From Octopus sinensis (taxonomy: Eukaryota), in contig NC_043010.1 of assembly GCF_006345805.1 (NCBI RefSeq), forward strand, positions 56,172,001 to 56,236,000: 64,000 nucleotides of DNA, given 5' to 3'. Within the stretch, counting starts at the first letter, position 1; each line of letters begins with the position of its first letter. This document shows, piece after piece, positions 1 through 11,558 of this stretch. A program made the position numbers and the translations under genes. A model generated the notes under the pieces. The model was not told the origin of the DNA, did no database searches, and was given only the letters and a program-made list of their open reading frames with translations.

Positions 1-590
1 TGCTTGAATTATGCATCTATTTTTCGGTTATTTTTTCGTTTTTAGAATTTTTGGTTGAATGTATCGATCCCACATTTTTTTTAATTGTTGCAGGTATTAG
101 ACTGCGGCCGGCCACGCTGGGGCACTACCTTCAAGAATTTTTAGATGGCTGTATGAAACCCAGAATCTTTTTTAATCTTGATCAAAACCACTTCTGTGAT
201 ATAATTCATTTTTTGTTTTTCTTTTTACTTGGGGAACTTTTAGTCTATTGTATCGACCCCAGAATCTTTTTATATGATTTTCAAACTGCGCATGAAGTTA
301 AGCCTAGAAGGTCTCTCGAAATGCTAGAAATAACAACCAAATCTCTTGAAATTTTTTTATAACCCCCACTAGGTTATATTTTTTGGTTATTCATCGTTTT
401 TTTTTTTAATTTTCTAAAACAGTTTTTACTTGTTTCAGTCACTGGACTGCGGCCATGCTGGGGCACCACCTTGAAGAATTTTTAGTCGAATGTATCGACC
501 CCAGAATCTTTTTTAGGTGATTTTTAACAAGCCTAGAAGGTCTCTTCACATGCTAGAAATAACAGCCAAATCTTACAAATTTTTTTTTAT
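1..590 (+). repeat. Tandem degenerate chimeric repeat units (SINE-tail-like piece plus TGCTAGAAATAACAGCCAAATCT piece)
   Basis: Motif GACTGCGGCC..GGGCAC..CCTTGAAGAATTTT..GTATCGACCCCAGAATCTTTT..AAGCCTAGAAGGTCTC..ATGCTAGAAATAAC recurs at about 95-360 and 440-590; pieces match the SINE at 6659-7055 and a short dispersed repeat seen near 10245, 20670, 39905 and 56730. Confidence 0.6.
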
Positions 591-1169
591 AATTTCACGT
601 AAACAAAAACAGAAATCGCGGTAGTAAAAAACAAAAGTTAATTTTCCAAAATTCCAATTTTTAAGTAAACAAAATATATACAATCGAAAAACATCTCTAT
701 CCCTCACAATGGTATGTTCCGTGAACTTCAATTATTTTCCTCGTTTTAGAATAATTTTAAAGTTTGAAAATGAAAATAAATCAACCTTAACATCAATAAT
801 AGAATAACAGAACTGAAGACTCCTCAATCTAAATATTGTCTGAATTCTGACAAGTTGTGGTGCACCTGAGCACTGTATACAATAATTTCATTATATATTA
901 AAAGGGAAAGCATTTACTTCAAGAAATGTGTAGAGACATAAAAATGATAAGAAATACGTTTGAATGACTGGACTTTCAATGGCTGGAAAAAGTTCAAAAG
1001 GTCAACTTATTCCCATTAATCTGTAAGTGTTGAGAAAAGAAAACAAAAGACTTTCAACATATATTTTAAAATGCTGATTTTTCTGCAACCAAAAATTCAA
1101 GCTGATGTCCCAGCATGGCCGCAGTGTGAAACAAGTAAAGAGATTTTTAGAAAATTTTTAAAAAAAACG

Positions 1170-1330
1170 CCAAAGGGGGTTATAAAAAATCTCAAGAGAT
1201 TTTGGCTGTTATTTCTAGCATGTGGAGATATCTTCGCGGCTTAACTTCATGCGCTGGTTGAAAATCATAAAAAAAAATTCTGGGATCGTTACATTCGACA
1301 AAAAATTCTTCAAGGTGGTGCCCCAGTCTA
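1170..1330 (-). repeat. Inverted copy of the 1-590 repeat unit
   Basis: The reverse complement of 1171-1330 (GACTGGGGCACCACCTTGAAGAA..GATTTTCAACCAGCGCATGAAGTTAAGCC..ATGCTAGAAATAACAGCCAAAATCTCTTGAGATTTTTTATAACCCC) aligns with about 255-370 and 455-500. Confidence 0.75.
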
Positions 1331-1469
1331 TGACTGCAACATGTAAAAGGTGAAAAGAAACGAAAAAATAATCGAAAAGTATAACCGTGGGGCTTTTGCC
1401 CTACACTCGAATTTTATGGTTATATTCCTTTCTTTCTGTTTATCTGTCTGTTTGTCTATAAATAGGTAG

Positions 1470-1479
1470 ACAGACAGAC

Positions 1480-1558
<79 letters not shown>

Positions 1559-1575
1559 CAGATAGACAGACAAAC
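1470..1575 (+). repeat. (GATA)n/(GACA)n microsatellite
   Basis: Directly visible. Representative of dozens of simple repeats, e.g. (GT)n 4115-4190, (GACA)n 5490-5660, (GATA)n 7070-7170, (CA)n 8600-8700. Confidence 0.95.
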
Positions 1576-1629
1576 AGACAGATATTATATATAGTTAAAA
1601 ACGTATGGTTATTTAAATTTTGTCATGGT

Positions 1630-1810
1630 CCTAAAACAGATCCGTGTAAGCGACTAAGAGCAGCAAACTCCTTCCCTGGGACCTATATTGGTTGAGTAGA
1701 GAGGGGGGGATGAAATGAAGTGCCTTGCTCAAGGATACAACGCACTACTCATTCAAGGACTAGAACCCATGACACGCGGTTGAGAACTTAAAATCCAAAC
1801 CAGTAGGCTA
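1630..1810 (-). mobile_element. Degenerate tRNA-derived SINE fragment
   Basis: Minus strand GGGTTCTAGTCC (B-box-like) followed by GCGTTGTATCCTTGAGCAAGGCACTTCATTTCA, matching the post-head segment of the SINE at 55811-56150 (GTGTTCTTGAGCAAGACACTTTATTTCA). Confidence 0.6.
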
Positions 1811-1839
1811 CAGGATTTCACCAACAAATACACATTTTA

Positions 1840-1899
<60 letters not shown>

Positions 1900-2700
1900 G
1901 AGTATGTGGGTGATGTAGATATGTATACACATGTACACATGCGGTTTGAGATACATACGTACATATGTGTGTATGTCCGTCTGAGTGTGCACGCGCACAC
2001 ACACACACATTACACACACACACACACATCAAATAGAATCAGCAAAGTAACTCTTCAGAATCAGACAAAACATATATGCTTCATTTAAAATTACAGCTTT
2101 AATCACGATCGTAATTGCTCAGCCAATCATGAAATGCTACGTAAGAGTCAGCTAACTGCAGACAGTGTCTGGTTGGGTGACTGAGGTAAAAGCAGAGGTT
2201 AACTATGTGACTTCTACCTGAAAATTAAAACTGAATTATTTGATGGTGATGTCGTGCCGTGGAGAAGCTTCCCGAATCCTGTATTTATTAATATATTATA
2301 AACTTGGTAATCCTTGCGTTTCTATATCAGAAAGGATTTGCGGAGAAAATCCTACCAAAGTAATTATGTTGTATGATTGGAAGGGGAGACAAGGTCATCG
2401 TATTTTCCAGAGAATGGCATGATGGTATGTTCCGGGACTTGGTGTTTACATGGAAAATGATGCTATCTGAACGTCCCATGGAGACGTGCTCAGATGGAGG
2501 CTTAAAATCAGACAGATGAAAATATATTTCGAAAAAATGAGAAGGAATTCGAAAAATGAAAGTTGTTGTTGTTAGGGGTTGGGTAAGGAAATTGATGAGT
2601 TTCTAGCGAGGGGTCTTCGTGCTGGCGCCAACTGTTCGTCTTTCCATTTATTACCTGCTTCCAAATAGATCCCTCACATCTATACCCCCCCACACACACA

Positions 2701-2855
2701 CTCTCTCTCTCTCTCTTTCTCATTAATATCCCATTTACTTTCCCTTCTCAGCTTATTCCTTCCTCTTCCCCACCCTCATAATTTACCTCCATATTTTTTC
2801 TTTACACCCTTTCGGTTCATTCTATTTCCTATTTTCCCTCGCTGAAAACCCTTCA

Positions 2856-2916
<61 letters not shown>

Positions 2917-3535
2917 CCCTCTCTCTCTCCCTCTCTCTCTCCCCCTCTCTCTCTCTCTCTCTCCTTATCCCTATCTATCCTCTATCTATCTATCTATCGT
3001 ACGCTTTTTCCGTCTCTCATTCACATATTTTCAATCTTTTCTCATTCTCATTCACTCATTTTTTCATTCCCCTCTCACACCTTCACTCCAACGTTATTCC
3101 TTACCCTTTCCTTCTCTCTCTCTCTCTCTCTTTCTCATTAATATCCATTTTACTTTCCCTTCTCAGCTTATTCCTTCTCTTCCCCACACTCAATTTACCT
3201 CCATTTTTTTCTTTACACCCTTTCGGTCATTCTATTTCCTATTTTCCTCGCTGAAAACCCTTCACATTCTCTCTCTCTCTCTCTCTCTCTCTCCTCGCTC
3301 TCTCTCTCTCTCTACTCTCCCCCCATATCTCTCTCCCTCTCTCTCTCCCCCTCTCTCTCTCTCTCTCTCTCCTTATCTATCTATCTATCTATCTATCTAT
3401 CGTACGCTTTTTCCGTCTCTCATTCACATATTTTCAATCTTTTCTCATTCTCATTCACTCATTTTTTCATTCCCCCTCTCACACCTTCACTCCAACGTTA
3501 TTCCTTACCCTTTCCTTCTCTCTCTCTCTCTCTCT
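2701..3535 (+). repeat. Two-copy tandem duplication, about 420-bp unit, pyrimidine-rich
   Basis: 2701-3120 and 3121-3535 share CATTAATATCC..TTCTCAGCTTATTCC..CGCTGAAAACCCTTCACATTC..CGTACGCTTTTTCCGTCTCTCATTCAC..CTCCAACGTTATTCC and differ mainly by 1-bp indels. Confidence 0.9.
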
Positions 3536-4112
3536 TTCCAGCAAACCACCTTTCTCGCCATTTATCCATCTCTCCCTCTCTCCGCCCATCATCCTTAAAC
3601 GCTTCCCTTCCAATCGCTCTCCCCCAACCCTTTTCATTCCAGTTTTTTTCCCTATACAACTATCTATAACTATTAACCTAAACGACCCCAGCACTGTTCC
3701 CACACACTTCACCACGAGTGTTCCGTCCTTCTAACCACCACCGACACCACCTCGCATCCAGCAATTTCGTCCATTTAACCACACCCACCACACACCCACA
3801 TCATCCACACTGCTGCTCCAGAGAAATTCCTTCATCACGCATCACACCCTTAAATTACACCAGTCTTACATGTTACACTATTATTAGGTATTGAGTCCCC
3901 TTTTCTTTTATGTCTGTAGAGAATTTGTTGCTGTTATTGGTTATCACTGAGTTATTCCTGATCCTGAAGACCTACGATCATAGCCAGTTCAACCGTGACA
4001 ATCTAGTTTTTACCACAATCACTGATTCCAGGACCAAATTAACTTGTCCTTTTTTAAAAACAGTAGAGTTTGAGGCAAAGCTAGCTGTCATTGCGGAGGC
4101 TGCTCTGGTGGA

Positions 4113-4190
<78 letters not shown>

Positions 4191-4450
4191 GTTAAAGATG
4201 AGCTAGACAAACACACACGGAAACGATATTCTCGTGTGGATCTCATCTCTGTCCTCCTCCACATGCCCTAACCATCATCGTATATTTTGGACGTGTTCTC
4301 ATTATGGCAGCGGTTATGAATTCCAATCTTCGTAAAAATGAGTTGCTTTTTGCTTATTTAAATTTCCATGTAAGGGAGAGAGAGAGGTGAGCAAGAGAAG
4401 TGAAAAAAAATTTAAAGTAAGTCAAAAGATGTTTTCACAATGAATCATTA

Positions 4451-5322
4451 TTATTACTTCGGCCTTAGCGAAGGAAGAGGTATTGTTTTCAGTCGTGTTT
4501 GTTAGTTTGTTTGTCCATGGACAAGATATCTCAAGAACCGCTGAGTGGATTCGGATGAAACTTTCAGGGATGTTTGGTCTTGTGACTGACACGAACTGAT
4601 TAGATTTTGGAATCGATCCGGTACCGGACAAGGATTCTGGATTATTTGTTATATTCACTTTACTTTACATGATTACGATCTTACGTTCACTTCGAAGTCT
4701 TTCTCAATTATCTCCCTTTAGGCTGTTTCCAAAAGTTTCTTTTCGTTTCTCTATTATTAATTTTACTCGCGTCTCTATCTTAGTAGAAACTGATCGATAA
4801 AGAAATCAAACGGCAGCAAAACCGTTCAGAAATTAAATAACACTAGCATATTTTTATAATATATATATATATATTATATATTATACACACATATTAACAG
4901 TTCACAGTATACTTACTTCTATACATCGATCTAAAACAACAGGAATACTGAATTCCCGAATAAAACTTATTATTATTACCTCCGCCTTTGAAACTATTTT
5001 GAATGGTGAACTTGTTCACTTTGGCTTGTATTAGATAGGGATAAACCATTTATTACTGTTACTAAGTTTTCTACGGCCACCTTCATATTCCATGACTACT
5101 ACTGGGAGCGACCAGATACTGGACAAGGATTCTGGATTATTTTTCCGTTTGTTTTTTTTCTTAATTTTTGAGAGTGGTCGGGTTTATTTTTAGTATTCTC
5201 GTTTGTGAGAACAGTCGAGTTTATTTCAGATATTCCCATTTTAAAAATCATCTCTGGCCAATCGTTGAGAGGACATTGGTGCTGCCTTGGAGGAGGTTTG
5301 CGCTGTCTGAGTGCTCTTGTTT
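4451..5322 (+). mobile_element. Helentron-associated (HINE/DINE-1-like) non-autonomous element, interrupted
   Basis: Starts TTATTACTTCGGCC and ends GGAGGAGGTTTGCGCTGTCTGAGTGCTC (sub-terminal inverted TTACCTCCGCC/GGCGGAGGT-type motif plus 3' hairpin). GGACAAGGATTCTGGATTATTT is duplicated near 4626 and 5121, and a second TTATTACCTCCGCC start lies near 4973. Family assignment is from general knowledge of this architecture. Confidence 0.5.
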
Positions 5323-5543
5323 TATATTTTTTTAATATTCCTAAATAAAAGCAGCCTCTTTCAGCCTGCTTGTACTTCATCAGTTCAGAGCAAGAGAATC
5401 ATTAAATAGCTACAATCTTCATTCTAAATCAAAGAAGAACAGATAAAGTACGAAAGACAGGGAACGTGAACAGGTAGGTTCATGTATGATGAAAGGGAGA
5501 GAGAGAGAGACAGACAGACAGAGACAGAGAGAGACAGAGACAG

Positions 5544-5602
<59 letters not shown>

Positions 5603-6003
5603 AAGAGACAGACAGACAGAGACAAAGACAGAGACAAACAGACAGACAGACAGACAGAGATGGAACTTCAATTTAGCGTATTCCATTTTCCCGAATTTCA
5701 AATCAAAAAACTTAATAACAACAACAACAATAACAATAATGGTAATAACATAGATTAATAAATTAAAAAGTCTTTCAGAAATTCAGAATTACCCGATTGG
5801 ACAGATTTATGAACAATGACATTCCTGCCATTCTCCCTAAGTATTTAGGGTATTTAGGAGTATTTAAGGCCATCTAGAATACCGCGAGGCATTTGGAGCG
5901 GGGGGGGGGAAATTATTCAACGTATCCTTCGCTATTTAGTAGATTCTGATTCAAAACATATTTAAACGCCATTTCTAGCGCTAGGTAACCTTATAATGAT
6001 TCT

Positions 6004-6195
6004 TTTCTATTCTAAGCATAAGGCCCGAAATTTTGGGGGAGGGTGCCAGTCGATTAGATCGACCCCAGTGCGTAACTGGTACTTATTTAATCGACCTCGA
6101 ATGGATGAAAGGCAAAGTCGACCTTGGTGGAATTTGAACTCAGAACATAAAGACAGACGAAATACCGAGAAGCATTTCGCCCGGCGTGCTAACGA
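6004..6195 (-). mobile_element. SINE, left member of a head-to-head pair
   Basis: Minus strand CGTTAGCACGCCGGGCGAAATGC..TTCTGAGTTCAAATTCC (B-box)..GTCGACTTTGCCTTTCATCC..AAGTACCAGTT..GGGGTCGATCTAATCGACT..AGAATAGAAAAG. Confidence 0.85.
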
Positions 6196-6363
6196 AATGC
6201 TTAGCAGTATTTCGTCTGAGCTCTGAGCTCACATTCTGCCGATGTCGACTTTGCCTTTCATCCTTTCGGGGTCGATAAATTAAGTACCAGTTGCGTACTT
6301 GGGGTCGATCTAATCGACTGGCACCCTCTCCCAAAACTTCGGGTTTTGTGCCTAGAGTAGAAA
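6190..6363 (+). mobile_element. SINE, right member of a head-to-head pair
   Basis: GAAATGCTTAGCAGTATTTCGTCTG..GTCGACTTTGCCTTTCATCCTTTCGGGGTCGATAAATTAAGTACCAGTT..GGGGTCGATCTAATCGACTGGCACCCTC..AGAGTAGAAAA; same family as the left copy, opposite orientation. Confidence 0.85.
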
Positions 6364-6452
6364 AACCTCATAATGATTCTGCTCGAGCGGAAGGTTTGTA
6401 AACATGTAATTTTTTTATACAAGGATGTGTGTGTATGTACGTGTGTGTATGA

Positions 6453-6514
<62 letters not shown>

Positions 6515-6658
6515 GAAAGAAAGAGGGAGAGCGTGTGCGCCTGCGTAAAGAAAACAGTTTCATAAGCTCTGACTCGGTGCATCTGAAGATGTCGCTTCAT
6601 GCTGGTGTCTGAAACAGAGAAATGTAGAGCGGAGCCAAGTTAAATATAACTCCATTAC

Positions 6659-7055
6659 ACTGCGGTCATGCTGGGGCACCGACCTGAAGAAGTTTTAGGC
6701 AAATGAATCGACCCCAGTACTTATTGTTTTCTTAAAGCCTGGTGCTTATTTTATCGGTCTCTTTTGCCGAGCCGTTAAGTTATGATGACATAAAAACACC
6801 AACACCGGTTGCCAAACGGTGGTGGGAGACAAACACAGATACAAAGAAACACACACGCACACACACACAAACAAACACGCACACACACGCATATACACGA
6901 CGTGCTTCTTTCAGTTTCCGTCTACCAAATCCACTCAAGGCTTTTGGTCGGCTCGAGGTTATAGTAGAAGATACTTGTTCAATGTGGCACGCAGTGGCAT
7001 TGAACTCGGGACCATGTGTTTGGGAAGCAGGCTTCCTTCCACAACCGCGCCTGTG
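6659..7055 (-). mobile_element. tRNA-derived SINE with internal (CA/TG)n microsatellite
   Basis: Reverse complement of the copy at 19251-19620; shared blocks GTAGACGGAAACTGAAAGAAGC, GGCAAAAGAGACCGATA and CCAGCATG(G/A)CCGCA. Confidence 0.9.
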
Positions 7056-7095
7056 CATGCATGTATGTATGTATAGATAGATAGATAGATAGATT

Positions 7096-7170
<75 letters not shown>

Positions 7171-8095
7171 TGTAAAAAGATTATGTAAACTTAAGCAGTA
7201 GCAATTATAGTTGAACTAAGTAGGGTATTTAACTACAGAGAGCTCAACTTCTTGACAGGGAGCGGTGCTATAAGGCTCCAGTTGAAGGCATTTTCCTAAA
7301 GTGTCTCACAGTCGGTACGAACCTGGAACAATCGGATTACACAGCAAACATTTTATTAACTGAGTCATGCCAGCTTGCGCCCGTCAAGCGAAGTACCTGA
7401 CCGCGCAGCGGAGAGTAAGGAACTCTCCCTATTAATTGTAGAGAAAATCATAATTTGAGAAAAAAATTAAAAACAGTCTGGTCGTTAATCAATGAAGAAA
7501 GTTATGAATAGGTTCCATTTTCCTTCCCCCACCTTAATTCGGAGTCCCACGGGCAAATGAGGGAGGGAGGACAACAATATCCGAAAAATAAAAGGGTCGT
7601 TACAATGAAAGGGTCCAGTGAGTTTGCTTCACACAAAATGGATCATTGTGGGGAGGGGACGGAGTTGCTATAGATTTATGATGTACAATATATTAACAAG
7701 GCAACCAAGTGTGTATGTGTGTGCGTCTGAGTGTGTGTGTGTGTGTGTCTGTCTGTGTGTGTGTCTCTGTCTGTGTGTGTGTGTGTCCGTGTGTCCATAC
7801 ACACCAGCGTCTCATGCTCATCTCCAGCATCATTATCATCGTAATCGTCACCAACGTTATCATCATCGCTTTCAATCACTATCGGCACCTTCTCAGTTAT
7901 AGTGTGTGTGTGTGTGTATTTCATTCCATTAACGTGTGTGTGTGTGTGTGTGTGTACGCAAACTAAATATGTCAGGAAATATATAAGCACATGCTGTGTG
8001 TATATTTGAATATATTCAGTGTGTGTATATACGCCCGGACAACAACTCTGTAATGATTACAAAGCAGTTCTTAAAGGCCCAAAATAGCCGTAAAT

Positions 8096-8139
<44 letters not shown>

Positions 8140-8281
8140 CAACGGTGTATAATGTGTATACACTGTATAATGTGTGCGTCTAAGTATTTGTGTATTTATG
8201 TAGATAGCGGCTATGTATGTATTAACGTGTGTATATTTATGTATGTACGTACATATGTATGTTTTTATGTATGCGGTGTGT

Positions 8282-8317
<36 letters not shown>

Positions 8318-8641
8318 CGCGCGCGTTTGTACAACATAAATCTAAATAAACACAAAAGCACCTGCAAAGTATACACGTGCTGATACAGTATATATACACA
8401 CAATAATAAATCATACACAGTAACAAACACGGTCATATACATGCATCCATACACATACATACAATTATACACACACACATAGGTACAAGCGTTCACACTC
8501 AATTACACAAAAACACACGCATCATTAACACATAGACATACGCAATGTTTCACATTCAACTACTTATAAAAACACACACATCATTAACAAACACACCGCG
8601 CGCGCACACGCACACGCACATGAACACGCACGCGCGCGCAC

Positions 8642-8704
<63 letters not shown>

Positions 8705-8908
8705 CGTTCACGCTCAGATGCACAGCACAACAGACTTACAGAGACAATGTTATTTTCCATAGCTAAAAGCTATTTCCATTTTAAGGCCATAGTTTCGTAA
8801 CATCAATATTTTCCTACCGCTCCAAGAATCTTTCTTTTGGATGAAAGAAAAGGAAATATATAAAAAAAAAAGAAGGAAAAGTAAGAAGAAAGGCAAGATG
8901 AATTGTGA

Positions 8909-9109
8909 GAGCGAAGAGTTCCCAGCGGCCTGACACCCACTCCATTAGAGAAACGGTGGATAATCAATGTTGAAAATAGCAGAGTGACATCCCTGGCGAA
9001 TATTTCGCTCGGGTCATTTGTTTGCAAGAACGAATGCGACGAGGAAGCAACCAATCTGAACACAGCCTCGGGCCAAGAATTCGTCTGCCAAAAAGAATTT
9101 TCTAAGAAG
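8909..9109 (+). other. Possible exon: 67 stop-free codons ending at a donor-like AAG|GTCAGT
   Basis: ERRVPSGLTPTPLEKRWIINVENSRVTSLANISLGSFVCKNECDEEATNLNTASGQEFVCQKEFSKK in unique sequence; no convincing acceptor and no recognised homology. Confidence 0.15.
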
Positions 9110-9420
9110 GTCAGTTCGATGTGAATTCCATCAGCTTACTTTGGTAAATTAACCCTTGCGTGGTGGTGTGTTGGGGGTGAGGGAGTGAAAGATGGGATTG
9201 TGTCAGGGATGGTGGATATTCGCAGATTGGCGACAAGAAAATTGGATTATATAAATAAGAGTGTGTGTGTGTGTGTGTGAGTATATATATATATACACGC
9301 ACACACACACATACGCACACACACACATAAACAACGCAGACATGTGTGTATGGCTGTGTGTATGTATGGATTAGAGAAACATAGAGCGATATGTGTGCAT
9401 ACACATGCGCGCCTTTACAT

Positions 9421-9466
<46 letters not shown>

Positions 9467-9965
9467 ACACACACACATATATATATATGATAGATAGCTA
9501 GGTATGCATGTCTGTATTTGTGAATGCCTGAATGTGTGTGTGAGAGAGAAAGAGAGAGGCAAGTGAGAAAAACGAAGAGTGTATATAAAAAATATTAGTA
9601 TAAAAAGTAATAAATGAAGAATGTTCCTGTCGACACACAGACATTGACTGTGGAATGGCGGGAAAAAACCCCTATTCACATTCCTTGTGTGAATTGTAAT
9701 GGCGCACGAGTTGCACGAGTGCAACGTTGCGGTTTTATTTATTTTCTGTGCATTAAAGCCTGTCACGAGTGCAGCGTCAGGAAAGAATATGCTAAACCCC
9801 CGAAGGCTTCCAAGATGTACAATATCAATAATGGGCAGCTTCAAATTTACATAGTCTCTCCACATACACACACAGGTATACTGGTAGAAACGCTGACGTA
9901 TAAATACGCAGACACGCACAAATATACACATACACGTACATGGTACATGTAAGTGTGTATGCGTT

Positions 9966-10005
<40 letters not shown>

Positions 10006-10890
10006 GTGGGGAGAGAGAGAGAGAGAGAGAGGGGGTTGGAAGGCGAGTGGGAGGGAGAGGAGAGGTGAGCTGAGTTAATTTTAAGTGCCAAGGCAGGTTG
10101 TGGAGATCGTAAATATCAAGATCCCAATAATGGCCTTCCAAAGTCTTTTTATAAATCTCCGAGTTTAAAAGTAACTGGTGCAACAAATACCAGTAATACT
10201 AATGAGACAACCAGGAGGCTACTATATCCCTATATGCTTGCTTGACATGCTGGAAATAGCTGCCAAATCTTAGTCAAAACACACTGTCCCTATCTTATAA
10301 ATGAGACGGTCATAAGTGGACTCCGTTTGATCACATGTCAGCTCCATTACGGTAGACCACGAGTTACGCGGTAATAACAGAAGAAATTCCTCTCACATCA
10401 TCACAGAATACACACTCAAATTCAGCCTTGAGGTCACACTCGACTCAAAATCTTCAATCTCGCTTTTAATCAAACACTTCCGACAGAATCTCCAGAAAAT
10501 AACACTGAAGACTTTTGTTTCAATTCTCATCCCAAGCTACTACCAAAGATGACCATCGTGGGGCAATGTATATTAATGTGAGTATATATTAAGAACAGTT
10601 TAATTAGTGAACTAATTGCTAAACTAATTCATGCAAAATCGAGATATATGTGGTCAGGTACCAGTAATAAATTGGGGCTAGATCAACTATAAAATAGGCT
10701 GACTTCTTGTTAACCAACGAGGGATTTATTACCGAAAATCTAGCATCTCGCTTTCCTCTTCTCTCTCCCCTCTCCCTCCTTCTGGTAGATAGATAGATAG
10801 ACAGATAGATAGATAGGGAGAGAGAGAGTGAGATAGATAGGGAGAGAGAGAGAGTGAGATAGATAGGGAGAGAGAGAGAGTGAGAGAGAG

Positions 10891-11558
10891 ACGAGTTCAA
10901 AAAGTATCCTTCCCTTATTTTTTCCCGCCAAATCTAACGCCGCGTGGACAAAATCCTTTTGGCGGGAGGTGACGTTCTTCTCTCTGTGCATGCGTGAAAC
11001 ATCAGTTCGCGGCTGTTATGCCTAGACTACAGACGTAATGGTGCGTGCTCGTCGGATATTCGTTTCCACGCAAGATGACCGAACGCATCGAGCAGAGACC
11101 ATCAACCCAGGTCTCATCACAGTGATGATCTCGTCTCAATCAGCTCCCCGTTTCGGCTTGTGGGTGGCCAGCTTGAGCGTGCTTCGCCCTGCATTGAGGT
11201 GCGACCATGTTGTACCACCCCTTGTTCTGCGTTTTTGGCCATAGCATCGTCGCCAAAGGCTTGCTGGATCTTCTGGACGTTTTCAGCTTGAGTATCACCA
11301 AAGCTTTTGACAAAACTAAATGCAACATCTCTGCTCAACGCGTCCGGTCGTCTTGCGTGAAAAGGAGAATCTAACGAGCGCGCACTACACGTCTATACTC
11401 TCGGCATAACAGCCGGGAACAGACGCAGCCTGACGGCAAGAAAATTTTCACGCATGCGCAAGAAGAGAGGTGTCACTTCCCACCCAAAGGATTCTGTCAG
11501 GAGGCATTAATTTTGGCGGGAAAAAATAAAGTTGGATAATTTTTGAAAACACCTTGTA
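10891..11558. mobile_element. Foldback mariner derivative with two inverted 5' arms and the N-terminal transposase HTH on the minus strand
   Basis: 10891-11100 aligns with the reverse complement of 11330-11556 (AAAAA(G/T)TATCC..TTTTTTCCCGCCAAA..GCATGCGTGAAA..CGGCTGTTATGCC..CACGCAAGA(T/C)GACCG..GAGCAGAGA). Minus strand encodes GDTQAENVQKIQQAFGDDAM and GRTSMQGEARS..PPTSRN, as in mariner N-termini. TA at 11557-11558. Confidence 0.85.

Noticed and set aside
5350-5390. CTGATGA..GAAA on the minus strand
   Set aside because: No credible helix II, no helix III with an NUH triplet, and no helix I pairing.
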